From a virus, in IMG/VR virus record IMGVR_UViG_3300045988_045849: a stretch of DNA of 42,763 nt; one strand, given 5' to 3'. The notes below the pieces were generated by a model. The model did no database searches and had not been told where the DNA came from. It saw only the letters and a list, made by a program, of their open reading frames with translations. Shown here one piece after another: positions 1-9,162 of this stretch. A program made the translations under genes and the position numbers. Within the stretch, counting starts at the first letter, position 1. Each line of letters starts with the position of its first letter.

Positions 1-55
1 GCTCGGCGAAAGAAAATGCGTATCGTGAACTGCTAAAGGCGGCTGGCGTAAGCGA
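1..55. repeat. Terminal overlap, copy 1 (identical to 42709..42763)
   Basis: Compared base by base, gctcggcgaaag...gcgtaagcga occurs at both contig ends. It lies inside a coding sequence. Confidence 0.95.
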
Positions 56-347
56 TAAAAGGCTTGACGCAGTAGTGAAGGTGTCGGATATTGACGGCAT
101 GGAACTTGACGATAAGGGCAAAATCAAAAACGCTGCTGAACTCACGAAAAACATAAAAACCGAATGGGCGGATTTTATCGTTAGCACTCAGCAGCAGGGC
201 GCAAATACTCAAAATCCTCCATCCAACAACGGCGGTAAAACTATGGCTGATATCTACAAAAAGGACGACCACGGTCGTTACATAATGTCAACCGAGGAAC
301 GCCAAAAAGCAGTTGCTGAACTTATGGCAAATCAAAGCAACGAATAA
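1..347 (+). CDS. Scaffolding protein (phage GP20-like), 3' part; continues from 42426..42763 across the circular junction
   Basis: The frame of the ATG at 42426 runs through the 55-bp overlap into codons starting at position 3 and stops at 345-347. The product is K/E/A-rich and helical and sits directly upstream of the capsid gene. Confidence 0.7.
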   Translation, partial: SAKENAYRELLKAAGVSDKRLDAVVKVSDIDGMELDDKGKIKNAAELTKNIKTEWADFIVSTQQQGANTQNPPSNNGGKTMADIYKKDDHGRYIMSTEERQKAVAELMANQSNE

Positions 348-370
348 TCATAAAGAAAGGATTATAAATT

Positions 371-1294
371 ATGGCAGCAAACACTGGTCTCACCACTGCG
401 TCGCAGTTTACTATTTCTGCGCGTGAGGTAGATTTCGTGACACGTTTCCAAGACAACTGGGACGCGCTCATGAAAATTCTCGGCATTATGCGTCCTATTC
501 GCAAGGCTCCGGGTACTAAGCTTGTATCTTACAAGGCTTCCGTTGACGGAACTGTCGCTGGCGGCTCAACCGTAGCAGAGGGCGACCTTATCCCGAGAAC
601 AAAAATGAAGGTTGAACCCGTATCTTATGCGGATATTGTTATCTCAAAGTTTGCGAAGGAAGTATCTGTTGAAGCCGTAGATAAGTACGGCGCAGAAATG
701 GCGGTTGAAAAGACTGATACTGCGTTTATCAACGCTCTCCAGTCTAAGATTCTTGGCGAATTTTACACCTTCCTCGCGACTGGCTCGCTTACACTTACCG
801 AAACCACATGGCAGGGTGCGCTTGCTATGGCAAAGGGTAAGGTTATTGACAAGTTTGCGGGTATGGATAAGGACGTTACCGAGGTTGTTGGCTTTGCAAA
901 CATACTTGACGCGTACAAGTATCTTAGCGAAGCAAACATTACTGTTCAGACAGCATTCGGTCTTAACTATGTTGAGAACTTCCTCGGATATCGCACTCTT
1001 ATTCTGCTCCCCGCGAAGTATATCCCCGCTAACAAGGTTATTGCGCTCCCCACAGACAATATCGACCTCTACTATATGGACCCGTCGGATGCCGATTATG
1101 GCAACCTCGGACTTAAGTATACAGTAGTTGGCGATACACCTCTTATCGGCGCACACGTAAAGGGCGACTATGACCGCGCTACAGGTATTATGTATGCGAT
1201 ATACGGCATGAAGCTCTGGGCGGAATACCTCGACGGCATTGCAGTTGCTACTGTCACTCCGGCATCTCAGTCCGGCGGCGGTGAAGGTTCGTAA
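371..1294 (+). CDS. Major capsid protein
   Basis: 307-aa ORF with an RBS, placed between scaffold and connector genes. Size and position are typical of SPP1-like or HK97-fold capsids. Confidence 0.75.
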   Translation: MAANTGLTTASQFTISAREVDFVTRFQDNWDALMKILGIMRPIRKAPGTKLVSYKASVDGTVAGGSTVAEGDLIPRTKMKVEPVSYADIVISKFAKEVSVEAVDKYGAEMAVEKTDTAFINALQSKILGEFYTFLATGSLTLTETTWQGALAMAKGKVIDKFAGMDKDVTEVVGFANILDAYKYLSEANITVQTAFGLNYVENFLGYRTLILLPAKYIPANKVIALPTDNIDLYYMDPSDADYGNLGLKYTVVGDTPLIGAHVKGDYDRATGIMYAIYGMKLWAEYLDGIAVATVTPASQSGGGEGS

Positions 1295-1331
1295 TTAATT
1301 AAATAAATCGTAAAACAGGAGGGCAACGCGA

Positions 1332-1763
1332 ATGCTTGAAGCGATTTTACGGCATTTAAACAATTACTTTATCGCAGACGTGCGGGAGGGTGATTACGCC
1401 GTGGAGGGCGGCAACATTGCGCTGCCCTTTTTGGCAGACGGACAATATTTTTTCGTCCGCGATAGCATTTTTAACGACGGCTTACATCGGTATCCGGCTT
1501 TTGATTTGGTCGACGAGGAATTTTACGGCGTGATTTGGTGTCTGGCGATACCTCAGGCTATACTCAATCTTGCAGATGAGATTGAAGCGTGGCAGACGAA
1601 AAACTCTGAAATAATCAACTCTCCGTACACATCGGAATCTTTCGGCGGTTACTCGTATACCAAGGCAAGCGGTGATAATGGCGCGGCGGTGTCTTGGCAG
1701 TCAGTTTTTGCTGACCGTCTTACGCCATATCGAAAGCCGCGTGAAGTTGGATATATGAGGTGA
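1332..1763 (+). CDS. Putative head-tail connector/adaptor protein
   Basis: AGGAGG RBS; first gene after the capsid gene. The call rests on position only. Confidence 0.4.
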   Translation: MLEAILRHLNNYFIADVREGDYAVEGGNIALPFLADGQYFFVRDSIFNDGLHRYPAFDLVDEEFYGVIWCLAIPQAILNLADEIEAWQTKNSEIINSPYTSESFGGYSYTKASGDNGAAVSWQSVFADRLTPYRKPREVGYMR

Positions 1764-1767
1764 CGGC

Positions 1768-2118
1768 ATGAACTTGCTTGACGAATCTATGACAAAATGC
1801 GTACTATACGACAAGGTACGCAAGCCGGACGGCGAGGGCGGATATCTTACCACGTGGAAAGAATCTGTCGAGTTTGACGCGGCTATTACCTTTGACAGCT
1901 CTATGCAGGCGCGAATCGGAGAAAAAGCGGGTGTCACCTCGCTTTACACCGTTACGCTGCCGAGGGGCTTTAATTTGAGCTATCATGATGTATTCAAACG
2001 CATTTCCGACGGTAAAATATTCCGCGTCACGTCTGATGGGGACGACAAGGTTACTCCCTCTCGTGCTACATTTCAATTTTCACAGGTAAGCGCGGAGGAA
2101 TGGGCATTAACGACATGA
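1768..2118 (+). CDS. Putative head closure / head-tail adaptor protein
   Basis: 116-aa ORF tightly packed in the connector block, with size and position as in SPP1 gp16-like genes. Confidence 0.45.
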   Translation: MNLLDESMTKCVLYDKVRKPDGEGGYLTTWKESVEFDAAITFDSSMQARIGEKAGVTSLYTVTLPRGFNLSYHDVFKRISDGKIFRVTSDGDDKVTPSRATFQFSQVSAEEWALTT

Positions 2119-2486
2119 CAAAGGGTGCTGCGCTTCATCAATTTTTCTCTTCTTTTTCGATTCCCGCGTATCCGTCAACCTCTGTGCCGGATAACGCTGT
2201 TATGCCTTATCTGACATATGATTATGTTGTTGGAGCGTGGGAACAGGAAGAGGTAGCAATTACGGTCAATCTGTGGTACTACACCGAGAGCGAAGCCGTG
2301 CCGAATGCAAAGGCTAATGAGCTTTCTGCGGCTATTGGCATTGGTGGCAAGGTGATACCGTGCGAGGACGGCTATATATGGCTAAAGCGCGGTTCGCCTT
2401 GGTGTCAGTCCCTCTCCGATGAGACCGATTCCGGCGTTAAACGTCGATACATCAACGTATCTGCTGAATATTTAACGCTTAACTAA
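2115..2486 (+). CDS. Putative tail completion/terminator protein (DUF3168-like)
   Basis: ATGA overlap with the upstream stop at 2115-2118. It is the last small gene before the major tail protein. Confidence 0.45.
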   Translation: MTKGAALHQFFSSFSIPAYPSTSVPDNAVMPYLTYDYVVGAWEQEEVAITVNLWYYTESEAVPNAKANELSAAIGIGGKVIPCEDGYIWLKRGSPWCQSLSDETDSGVKRRYINVSAEYLTLN

Positions 2487-2518
2487 CGCATTTTAATGTA
2501 TTAAAAAAGGAGTTATAT

Positions 2519-3088
2519 ATGGGTAAATTTACAAAAATCCCCGAATCAACTTTTAAAGAGTTGCAGCTCGACGCGGGTGTGCTTCTAAAAAACTTTACTC
2601 CCGCAACCGCCGCCGCTCCCGAAGACGCGGATATTATCTGCGCTACAACTGGTGGTATTACCGTATCTTGCACACCTACGTTTTCGGATTTTGGGTCGGA
2701 CGTGGATAACTGTCCGAACGATATGAAAGAACTTAAACACCTTGACGGATGGAACTGCACGATGGCGTTTACCTCCATCGGCGTATCGCCCACATCTATC
2801 AAACTCGCGCTTGGCTGTGCTGATATTGACACAACCAATGCAAATCTTGTTAAACCTCGCCGCGACCTTAAACAGACCGATTTTTCGAATATTTGGTGGG
2901 TAGGTGACAGAGCAGACGGCGGTCTTGTCGCGGTAAAGCTTGCGAACGCGCTTTCTACTGGCGGGCTTTCCCTCAAAACCACAAAGAACGGCAAAGGACA
3001 GGTATCTGTGACCCTAACTGGACACGTATCAATGACATCACAGGACGTTATGCCGATGGAATTTTACTCGATGGATGGTGAAACCTGA
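2519..3088 (+). CDS. Major tail protein
   Basis: 189-aa ORF with a strong RBS (aaaggag), immediately upstream of the chaperone pair and the tape measure gene. Confidence 0.7.
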   Translation: MGKFTKIPESTFKELQLDAGVLLKNFTPATAAAPEDADIICATTGGITVSCTPTFSDFGSDVDNCPNDMKELKHLDGWNCTMAFTSIGVSPTSIKLALGCADIDTTNANLVKPRRDLKQTDFSNIWWVGDRADGGLVAVKLANALSTGGLSLKTTKNGKGQVSVTLTGHVSMTSQDVMPMEFYSMDGET

Positions 3089-3477
3089 TGAAAACACTCG
3101 CTAATTGCAATCCACGAGAATTCCTCGTGCAGACTAACAAAATCCGCAAGTCGGTTGTAAAGTGGCTTGATGATACGAAAATACTCGAAATACGCGCGAA
3201 CAAGCCGCAGTTTACAGAGGGCGCATCGGAAGAAGAAAAAAAGACCGCGACCATAAAACAGATTAAAACAAATCTATCGGAAATGCTCGACGCAATGCTT
3301 GATGAACATCCCGAAGAAACGGCTGAACTGCTCGGGCTGCTGTGCTTCATCGAGCCGTGCGACCTTGACAATCACACAATGCCGGAGCTGCTCAACGCAT
3401 TCACGGAAATAATCAACTGTCCTGAGATTATCGGTTTTTTTACCTCGCTCATGCAGCTGGTGCAGAAAAGTACCTGA
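3088..3477 (+). CDS. Tail assembly chaperone (gpG-like)
   Basis: Acidic 129-aa ORF between the major tail and tape measure genes. It carries a slippery heptamer near its 3' end. Confidence 0.75.
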   Translation: MKTLANCNPREFLVQTNKIRKSVVKWLDDTKILEIRANKPQFTEGASEEEKKTATIKQIKTNLSEMLDAMLDEHPEETAELLGLLCFIEPCDLDNHTMPELLNAFTEIINCPEIIGFFTSLMQLVQKST

Positions 3478-3764
3478 CATATTGCGAAAGCATTAACTTT
3501 GAGCTGCTCGATTCTCTCGGCAGCTCTTATGTTATAGACCACGGATTTGCGCAGTACCGCAAGGATCGCGAGAACCGGCTCATGAAAGTATACGTTACAG
3601 ACAGCTTGAAAATTATAGCTGAAAATATAGCTAATATTGGTGGCGGCAAAACAATGTCGGCTCGTTATACTGATATAATCGACAGGAAACCTGCTGACAA
3701 ACGAACTGCTGACGATATTATATCCAACATCAAAAACAAGCTATCGAAAGGAGATGAGCAGTAA
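3088..3764 (+). CDS. Tail assembly chaperone frameshift product (gpGT-like) via -1 slip at 3435-3441
   Basis: The -1 frame opens at 3426 (after TGA at 3423-3425). It runs stop-free from 3441 to the TAA at 3762-3764, in frame with the tracked ORF 3582..3764. Confidence 0.7.
3435..3441 (+). promoter_or_regulatory. Programmed -1 ribosomal frameshift slippery heptamer T_TTT_TTT
   Basis: The zero-frame codons are ggT TTT TTT acc. This is the canonical X_XXY_YYZ position in G/GT chaperone genes. Confidence 0.7.
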
Positions 3765-3874
3765 TAGACGTTTTTGACCTTTTTGCAAAAATATCTCTCG
3801 ACACGGGGGATTACGAAAAAGCTCTAAACAATGCCGGGGACAAATTTTCGTCCTTTGCCTCCACTGCCGCCAAA

Positions 3875-6535
3875 GTGGTGGCAGGAGCAACGACGGCAAT
3901 TGCGACGGGGCTTGCCGCAATGGGAAAAGTGGCGTTAGACGGCTATGCTGATTATGAGCAGCTTGTCGGTGGTGTTGATACTCTTTTTAAATCAAGCTCC
4001 CAGACCATACAGGATTATGCAAACCAAGCATACAAGACAGCTGGTGTATCTGCCAATAAATACATGGAGACCGTCACAGGATTTTCCGCGTCTCTTATAC
4101 AGTCTTTGTCATCATCCACAACAACGGCGGTAACGCAAAGCTATGAAGAAATAGCGGCTACTTATGACGACCAATACGAAGCGGCTAAGGAAAGCTACGA
4201 CAAGCAGTATGAAGCGGTCAAGGAATCGCTTGACAATCAATACGACGCAGTAAAAGAAAGCTATGACGAGCAATATGAAGCCGTCAAGGACGCTCTTGAC
4301 AAGGAAATAGACGATTACGAAAAAGCGACTGACGCGAAAATAGAACTTATCAACCAGGAATACAAAGAAAAACTGAAACTCGTTGATGAGGATGAATATA
4401 ACCGTCTGAAAGCTCTTGATGATGAAATAGCTGCTATTAATGCGGAAGAAGACGCGCAAAAGGAAGCACGAAAAAAGAAGCAGCAGGAAGACAAGCTTGC
4501 ACAGCTTCAAGAGAAAATTAGGAACGCTGACACTCTCCAGGAACGCCGTGAAGCGCAAGAAAAATACGACGATTATCTTGAACAAATCCGTGAAGAAGAA
4601 GCAAGTGCGGAACGCAAGCGACAAATCCAGTCGTTAAAAGACCAGAAAACCGCTATAAAGGACGAAGCGGACGCAAAAAGAACCGCGCTGAAAGAAGCAC
4701 AGGAAGCCGAAGTTAAACAAATACGGGACGACGAAAAGGCGAAGCTCGAAGAGATGAAAAAAGCTCGCGACGAAGAGCTTAAAACGCTGAAAAAGTCGAA
4801 TGAAGACAAACTTAAAGAGCTTAAAAGCGCGAACGACAAGCAGGCTAAAGAACTAAAGGATTATTACAGCAAGCAAACAAAGGAGCTTAAAAGCTATTAC
4901 GACCAGCAAAAGAAAATAGCTAAAGAAGCAAGCGAAGCAACGGTAACGGCTGGCGTAGCTAACGAGCAACAGCTTGCGCAAGCTGCAGAGCTGGCAAACA
5001 TGGCTATGGAGGATATGTCCGATAATGCCAATAAAATGGGCACTAACATGGAATCCATACAAAATGCATATCAAGGCTTTGCAAAGCAAAACTATACAAT
5101 GCTAGATAACCTTAAGCTTGGCTATGGCGGCACAAAAGAAGAAATGGAACGTCTTGTACAAGACGCCGCCGCAAACGTTGAAGCACAGGAAAGGTTAGGC
5201 GTTACAGTCGACGCAAACAGCTTGTCGTTTGGAAATATCGTGCAAGCGATACACGTTGTACAAGATTCTCTCGGAATACTCGGCACGACTTCGCTTGAAG
5301 CCGAAACCACAATAAGCGGCTCAATCGGAATGCTGCAAGCGTCTTTTGATAATTTAATCGTGGGCTTTGGTAATGCCGATGCGGATATAGCAACGCTTTG
5401 CGATAACGTCGTTAACTCGTTTATGATTGTCGTTGACAATGTTACTCCGGTTATCGAGAACATCATACAAACGTTGCCTAAAGTCATGACGAACCTCATT
5501 GACGCTGTTGGTGACTTACTCCCCACACTGCTTGATACTGTAGCAACGCTATTTACCGAGGCGTTAAATATGTTTGTCTCGCTCATTCCCGAGCTTATTC
5601 CGGCTGCGGTTGACGCGGTTATGACAATAGTCGGCGCGTTGATGGATAATCTCCCTGCGATAATCACGGCGGCGATACAAATAGTAATGTCACTTGTTGA
5701 AGGAATTACAAACGCACTTCCGCAGCTTATTCCCTCTGCGCTTGCCGCCGTCATGGCTATAGTCAACGGTATAGTCGACAATCTCCCGAAGCTACTCGAA
5801 GCGGCAACGCAAATTATAATCACGCTTGCAAAAATGCTAACAGAACCGTCAATGCTGTTTAAATTAATCGAAACGGCATTGAAAGTCGTAATAACTCTTG
5901 CCGAGGGAATAATTGACGCTATACCACAACTGCTTGACGCAGCAGTCGAAATCATCAACAACTTAATAAAATATATAACAACTCCCGGAAATCTTGCAAA
6001 AATAATTGAAACTGCCGTGCAATTGGTAGTGGAGTTGGCGGGAGGAATTATATCTGCAATACCTCAACTGGTAGCAGCTGTAGTTGACTTAGTAGCATCT
6101 TTGATTGATACCATATTTACAACGGACTGGCTTGATGTCGGCAAAAATATAGTCGACGGACTGTTAGACGGATTGAAAAACGCATGGAAAACTCTTACAA
6201 GATGGTTTTCCGACGCATGGGATAATCTCGTTGGAGACGTAAAGGACTGGCTCGGCATACACTCACCGTCAAAAGTATTTGCCGGAATCGGTGAGAATAT
6301 GGCTCTCGGTGTCGGTGTTGGATGGGCGGACAGCTTTGAGAAAATCAAGGACGAAATCGAAAGCGATATGGTCTTTGACGGCGAAATCGAAGTAAGCGGA
6401 AACGGAAAAGGAACAAGCGCAAAGCAGCGCGGTGTCAATGTGGTGCAGAATATTTATGCGTCAAAAATGACACCGTCGGAAGTATTTAACGAAGCAAGAT
6501 ATCAGCAGACAAGGGCGGTGTTATTCGGTGTATAA
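3875..6535 (+). CDS. Tape measure protein (GTG start as tracked; frame is open and coding-like from 3758)
   Basis: 886 aa, the longest ORF. It has a coiled-coil K/E-rich centre and repeated hydrophobic helices (..LP.LL..) and follows the G/GT genes. Confidence 0.9.
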   Translation: MVAGATTAIATGLAAMGKVALDGYADYEQLVGGVDTLFKSSSQTIQDYANQAYKTAGVSANKYMETVTGFSASLIQSLSSSTTTAVTQSYEEIAATYDDQYEAAKESYDKQYEAVKESLDNQYDAVKESYDEQYEAVKDALDKEIDDYEKATDAKIELINQEYKEKLKLVDEDEYNRLKALDDEIAAINAEEDAQKEARKKKQQEDKLAQLQEKIRNADTLQERREAQEKYDDYLEQIREEEASAERKRQIQSLKDQKTAIKDEADAKRTALKEAQEAEVKQIRDDEKAKLEEMKKARDEELKTLKKSNEDKLKELKSANDKQAKELKDYYSKQTKELKSYYDQQKKIAKEASEATVTAGVANEQQLAQAAELANMAMEDMSDNANKMGTNMESIQNAYQGFAKQNYTMLDNLKLGYGGTKEEMERLVQDAAANVEAQERLGVTVDANSLSFGNIVQAIHVVQDSLGILGTTSLEAETTISGSIGMLQASFDNLIVGFGNADADIATLCDNVVNSFMIVVDNVTPVIENIIQTLPKVMTNLIDAVGDLLPTLLDTVATLFTEALNMFVSLIPELIPAAVDAVMTIVGALMDNLPAIITAAIQIVMSLVEGITNALPQLIPSALAAVMAIVNGIVDNLPKLLEAATQIIITLAKMLTEPSMLFKLIETALKVVITLAEGIIDAIPQLLDAAVEIINNLIKYITTPGNLAKIIETAVQLVVELAGGIISAIPQLVAAVVDLVASLIDTIFTTDWLDVGKNIVDGLLDGLKNAWKTLTRWFSDAWDNLVGDVKDWLGIHSPSKVFAGIGENMALGVGVGWADSFEKIKDEIESDMVFDGEIEVSGNGKGTSAKQRGVNVVQNIYASKMTPSEVFNEARYQQTRAVLFGV
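4163..4294 (+). repeat. Four tandem 33-bp (11-aa) repeats inside the tape measure gene
   Basis: Consecutive units read YDDQYEAAKES, YDKQYEAVKES, LDNQYDAVKES and YDEQYEAVKDA. Confidence 0.75.
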
Positions 6536-7373
6536 ACTTAGATATACTGCAAACGGCGGTGAGGAAATCGTACTTGATTTTGACCACGGTTATATAATCA
6601 ACACCGTTAAGGGCGCGACGGGAAGAACGGTTGACGTGCAAACTGCGCAAGGCTTTGAGCAAATCGGCGAAACCGTAACGGGAATGTCTCTCGGCGGGCA
6701 GCTCTTAACAATAAACGGCAGAATCCCCATGCAGAACACATCCGCTAAACGTGCTATGCTGCGTATATTTCAGCCGCTTTCGTCTGGGCGGCTGTACTGG
6801 GAAGACAAGTATTATATAGAAGTTGTTGTTCGTGATTCTCCGCAAATATCGCAAGAACGGCACTCCACATTTCTTCTCGCGCTTTATGCGCCTTATCCGT
6901 ATTGGCAAAAGGCTAATCAATCGCGTTACGAACTCGGCGGTTTGACGGCTGAGTTTATGTTCCCTATTAACTACGCAACGCCGCACCGTTTCGGCTCGAC
7001 CACTATTGAGACGCAGTTTAATGCTTACAATGCCGGAGACTGCGCAGCCTCGTTTACATTGACTATAACGGCGGGAGAAGCTGCCCTTACTAACTTTGCC
7101 GTCACGGACGTTAATACTCAAAAGGCTATTAAATTTATTGGCACGCTCGACGCGGGAAAGCGGATTGTAATGTATCGTGAAAACGGACAACTCTACATCA
7201 AGATTGACGGAACTACGGATGCTTTCGATATGCTCGACGATACTTCCGATTTGTATTCCCTCGCGGCTGGCGATAACGTGCTTTTGTTTACGGCGGATTC
7301 CGGCGCGTCCTCGGCGAAGGTGTCAATCACGTTTAATGAATCTTATGTGGGGGTGCTGGCTGATGGAGTGTAG
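6528..7373 (+). CDS. Distal tail protein (Dit-like)
   Basis: The GTG start overlaps the tape measure stop. A 281-aa product directly after the tape measure gene is the usual Dit arrangement. Confidence 0.6.
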   Translation: MYKLRYTANGGEEIVLDFDHGYIINTVKGATGRTVDVQTAQGFEQIGETVTGMSLGGQLLTINGRIPMQNTSAKRAMLRIFQPLSSGRLYWEDKYYIEVVVRDSPQISQERHSTFLLALYAPYPYWQKANQSRYELGGLTAEFMFPINYATPHRFGSTTIETQFNAYNAGDCAASFTLTITAGEAALTNFAVTDVNTQKAIKFIGTLDAGKRIVMYRENGQLYIKIDGTTDAFDMLDDTSDLYSLAAGDNVLLFTADSGASSAKVSITFNESYVGVLADGV

Positions 7374-8358
7374 TCTATATAACTCGGCTCTCAGCAAAAT
7401 AGGCATTATCACGGCTTTTACCTCTCTTATATGGGGCGAGAGCTACACGGGCAGCGGAAGCTTGCAATTTGTGATGCCAAAAACAAAAGATGCTGCAAAA
7501 ATAATCTCCTGTGGTAATTTTATCGGTATTCCCGCATCTGACACGCTTATGTATATCCAGTCAACCGAGGACAAGGACGGCGAATTATGGGCATATGGCT
7601 GCGAAGCAAAATGTCTGCTTGATGGGCGCGTTTATGCGGGCAGTGCGAAGTGTAAGGGAAATATCGAAACCGCGCTAAGGGCGGCTGTTGCTGCGTCGCG
7701 TCCATACTCAATTATAGGACTTGCGCCGCTTAGAGGTATAACAAAAACAACAACGTCACAGAGAACCTATCCCACGCTTTACGAGCTGTCGCGTGTGTGG
7801 TGTGAAGCTGGCGGCATGGGTTTTCGTCTCGTCCACGACAAAGCCGCTCACAAGCTGTTGTATGACGTTTACGAGGGCGCGGAGCGAAACGGAATAAAAT
7901 TTGCTGAACAATACGGAAACTTATATAATCTCGAGCGGCTCATATCAGAGACGACTTATAAAAACGTGGCGTATGTCGGCGGCGGCGGCGAAGGAACTAA
8001 CCGTGTATTTGTAACGACTGGTGATACGTCGTCAACCGATTTTGCGCGGCGTGAGCTGTTTATTGATGCTCGTGACTTGCAACAGGAGGATGGACAGACG
8101 CTGGATGAATATAAAACGCTGCTTATGGCACGAGGAAACGAAAAGCTGAACGAATGCGCAAAGGTGCAGGAAATATCTTTTGATATCTCGGCGCAGGATT
8201 TCGGCAAGTCGTTTTCGCTCGGCGATATTATTACTTGTGTCCTGCCGGACTATAATTCCGTCCTCTCTGTGCGGGTAGCGGAATATACGAATACTTACGA
8301 GAATAACCAAATCACGACGCAGCTTACTCTCGGAAATCCTATATTAAGGGGGTTATAA
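7363..8358 (+). CDS. Tail-associated protein (Tal / Sipho_Gp37-like)
   Basis: The ATG at 7363 overlaps the Dit stop by 11 nt. The upstream part of tracked ORF 7177.. lies inside Dit and is Arg/Cys-rich nonsense. Confidence 0.5.
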   Translation: MECSLYNSALSKIGIITAFTSLIWGESYTGSGSLQFVMPKTKDAAKIISCGNFIGIPASDTLMYIQSTEDKDGELWAYGCEAKCLLDGRVYAGSAKCKGNIETALRAAVAASRPYSIIGLAPLRGITKTTTSQRTYPTLYELSRVWCEAGGMGFRLVHDKAAHKLLYDVYEGAERNGIKFAEQYGNLYNLERLISETTYKNVAYVGGGGEGTNRVFVTTGDTSSTDFARRELFIDARDLQQEDGQTLDEYKTLLMARGNEKLNECAKVQEISFDISAQDFGKSFSLGDIITCVLPDYNSVLSVRVAEYTNTYENNQITTQLTLGNPILRGL

Positions 8359-8361
8359 CAA

Positions 8362-9153
8362 ATGGCTATTATCACTTATCCGCTTAACAATATAGAATAT
8401 ACGGCAGCGGACGCGGAAATATACAACTGTACTCGCACGAGCGGTGTATATGCAAATACGGACAATTTCGACTTATCTATCACGGCGGCGAGAACGGTGT
8501 CTGTTTCGCCAGGGATGGCGTGGATTAAAAACGACGATTTTCGTGGTAAGGCTGTTGCTATGACGGAGGCGGCGGAGCTTACTTTCGATGCGCCGGACAG
8601 CACGCTTAACCGCCTTGACTTTGTTGTACTCGGATTTTCAGCTGACGACAACAAGACGACAATCTACGTTAAGAAAGGCATTCCTGCATCTTCTCCCGTC
8701 GCTCCTGCGCTGTCTAAGACCGCGACGCTATACGAACTCGGCTTGTACATTATCTCAGTCCCAGCAGGCTTGACAGCTCTTGCAAGCGGCAATGTCACTG
8801 ACACAAGAGCTGACGGAACATACTGCGGAATTATGGCTGACGGCGTTACGCGCGGCGGCACGTACTCGGAGATTAAATCTGCTATCCTTGGCACGTCTTG
8901 GACTACGGCGACAGCTTCAACTACTCCGTCAACTTCCGTTTGCAGTTTTTATCAAACGGTTGTTATCGCCGGAATTACTGCTAACTCAAACGGTGTTATC
9001 GGACTGGCGGCAAGCGCGACAAAAACGCAACGTGAAGCGGCTGCTGCTGCAGGGTTATTTATTCAGGCACAAGGCAACGGCACGGTCGTTATTGCCGGAA
9101 TCGGTGACAAGCCGACGGTATCACTGCCGGTTGAAATACTTATTACAAAGTGA
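8362..9153 (+). CDS. Tail tip/fibre-like structural protein
   Basis: 263-aa ORF downstream of the Tal-like gene with an Ala/Thr/Gly-rich C-terminus. Function is inferred from position. Confidence 0.4.
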   Translation: MAIITYPLNNIEYTAADAEIYNCTRTSGVYANTDNFDLSITAARTVSVSPGMAWIKNDDFRGKAVAMTEAAELTFDAPDSTLNRLDFVVLGFSADDNKTTIYVKKGIPASSPVAPALSKTATLYELGLYIISVPAGLTALASGNVTDTRADGTYCGIMADGVTRGGTYSEIKSAILGTSWTTATASTTPSTSVCSFYQTVVIAGITANSNGVIGLAASATKTQREAAAAAGLFIQAQGNGTVVIAGIGDKPTVSLPVEILITK

Positions 9154-9162
9154 GGTGAAAGC

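Noticed and set aside
1-55. Biological direct terminal repeat or cos-type end
   Set aside because: The overlap lies inside the scaffold ORF. Its length equals a commonly used assembler k-mer (55), so an assembly overlap of a circular molecule is more parsimonious.
7177-7362. Upstream 62 codons of tracked ORF 7177..8358
   Set aside because: It lies entirely within the Dit gene in another frame and is Arg/Cys/Pro-rich. The ATG at 7363, which overlaps the Dit stop, gives a sensible N-terminus (MECSLYNSALSK..).
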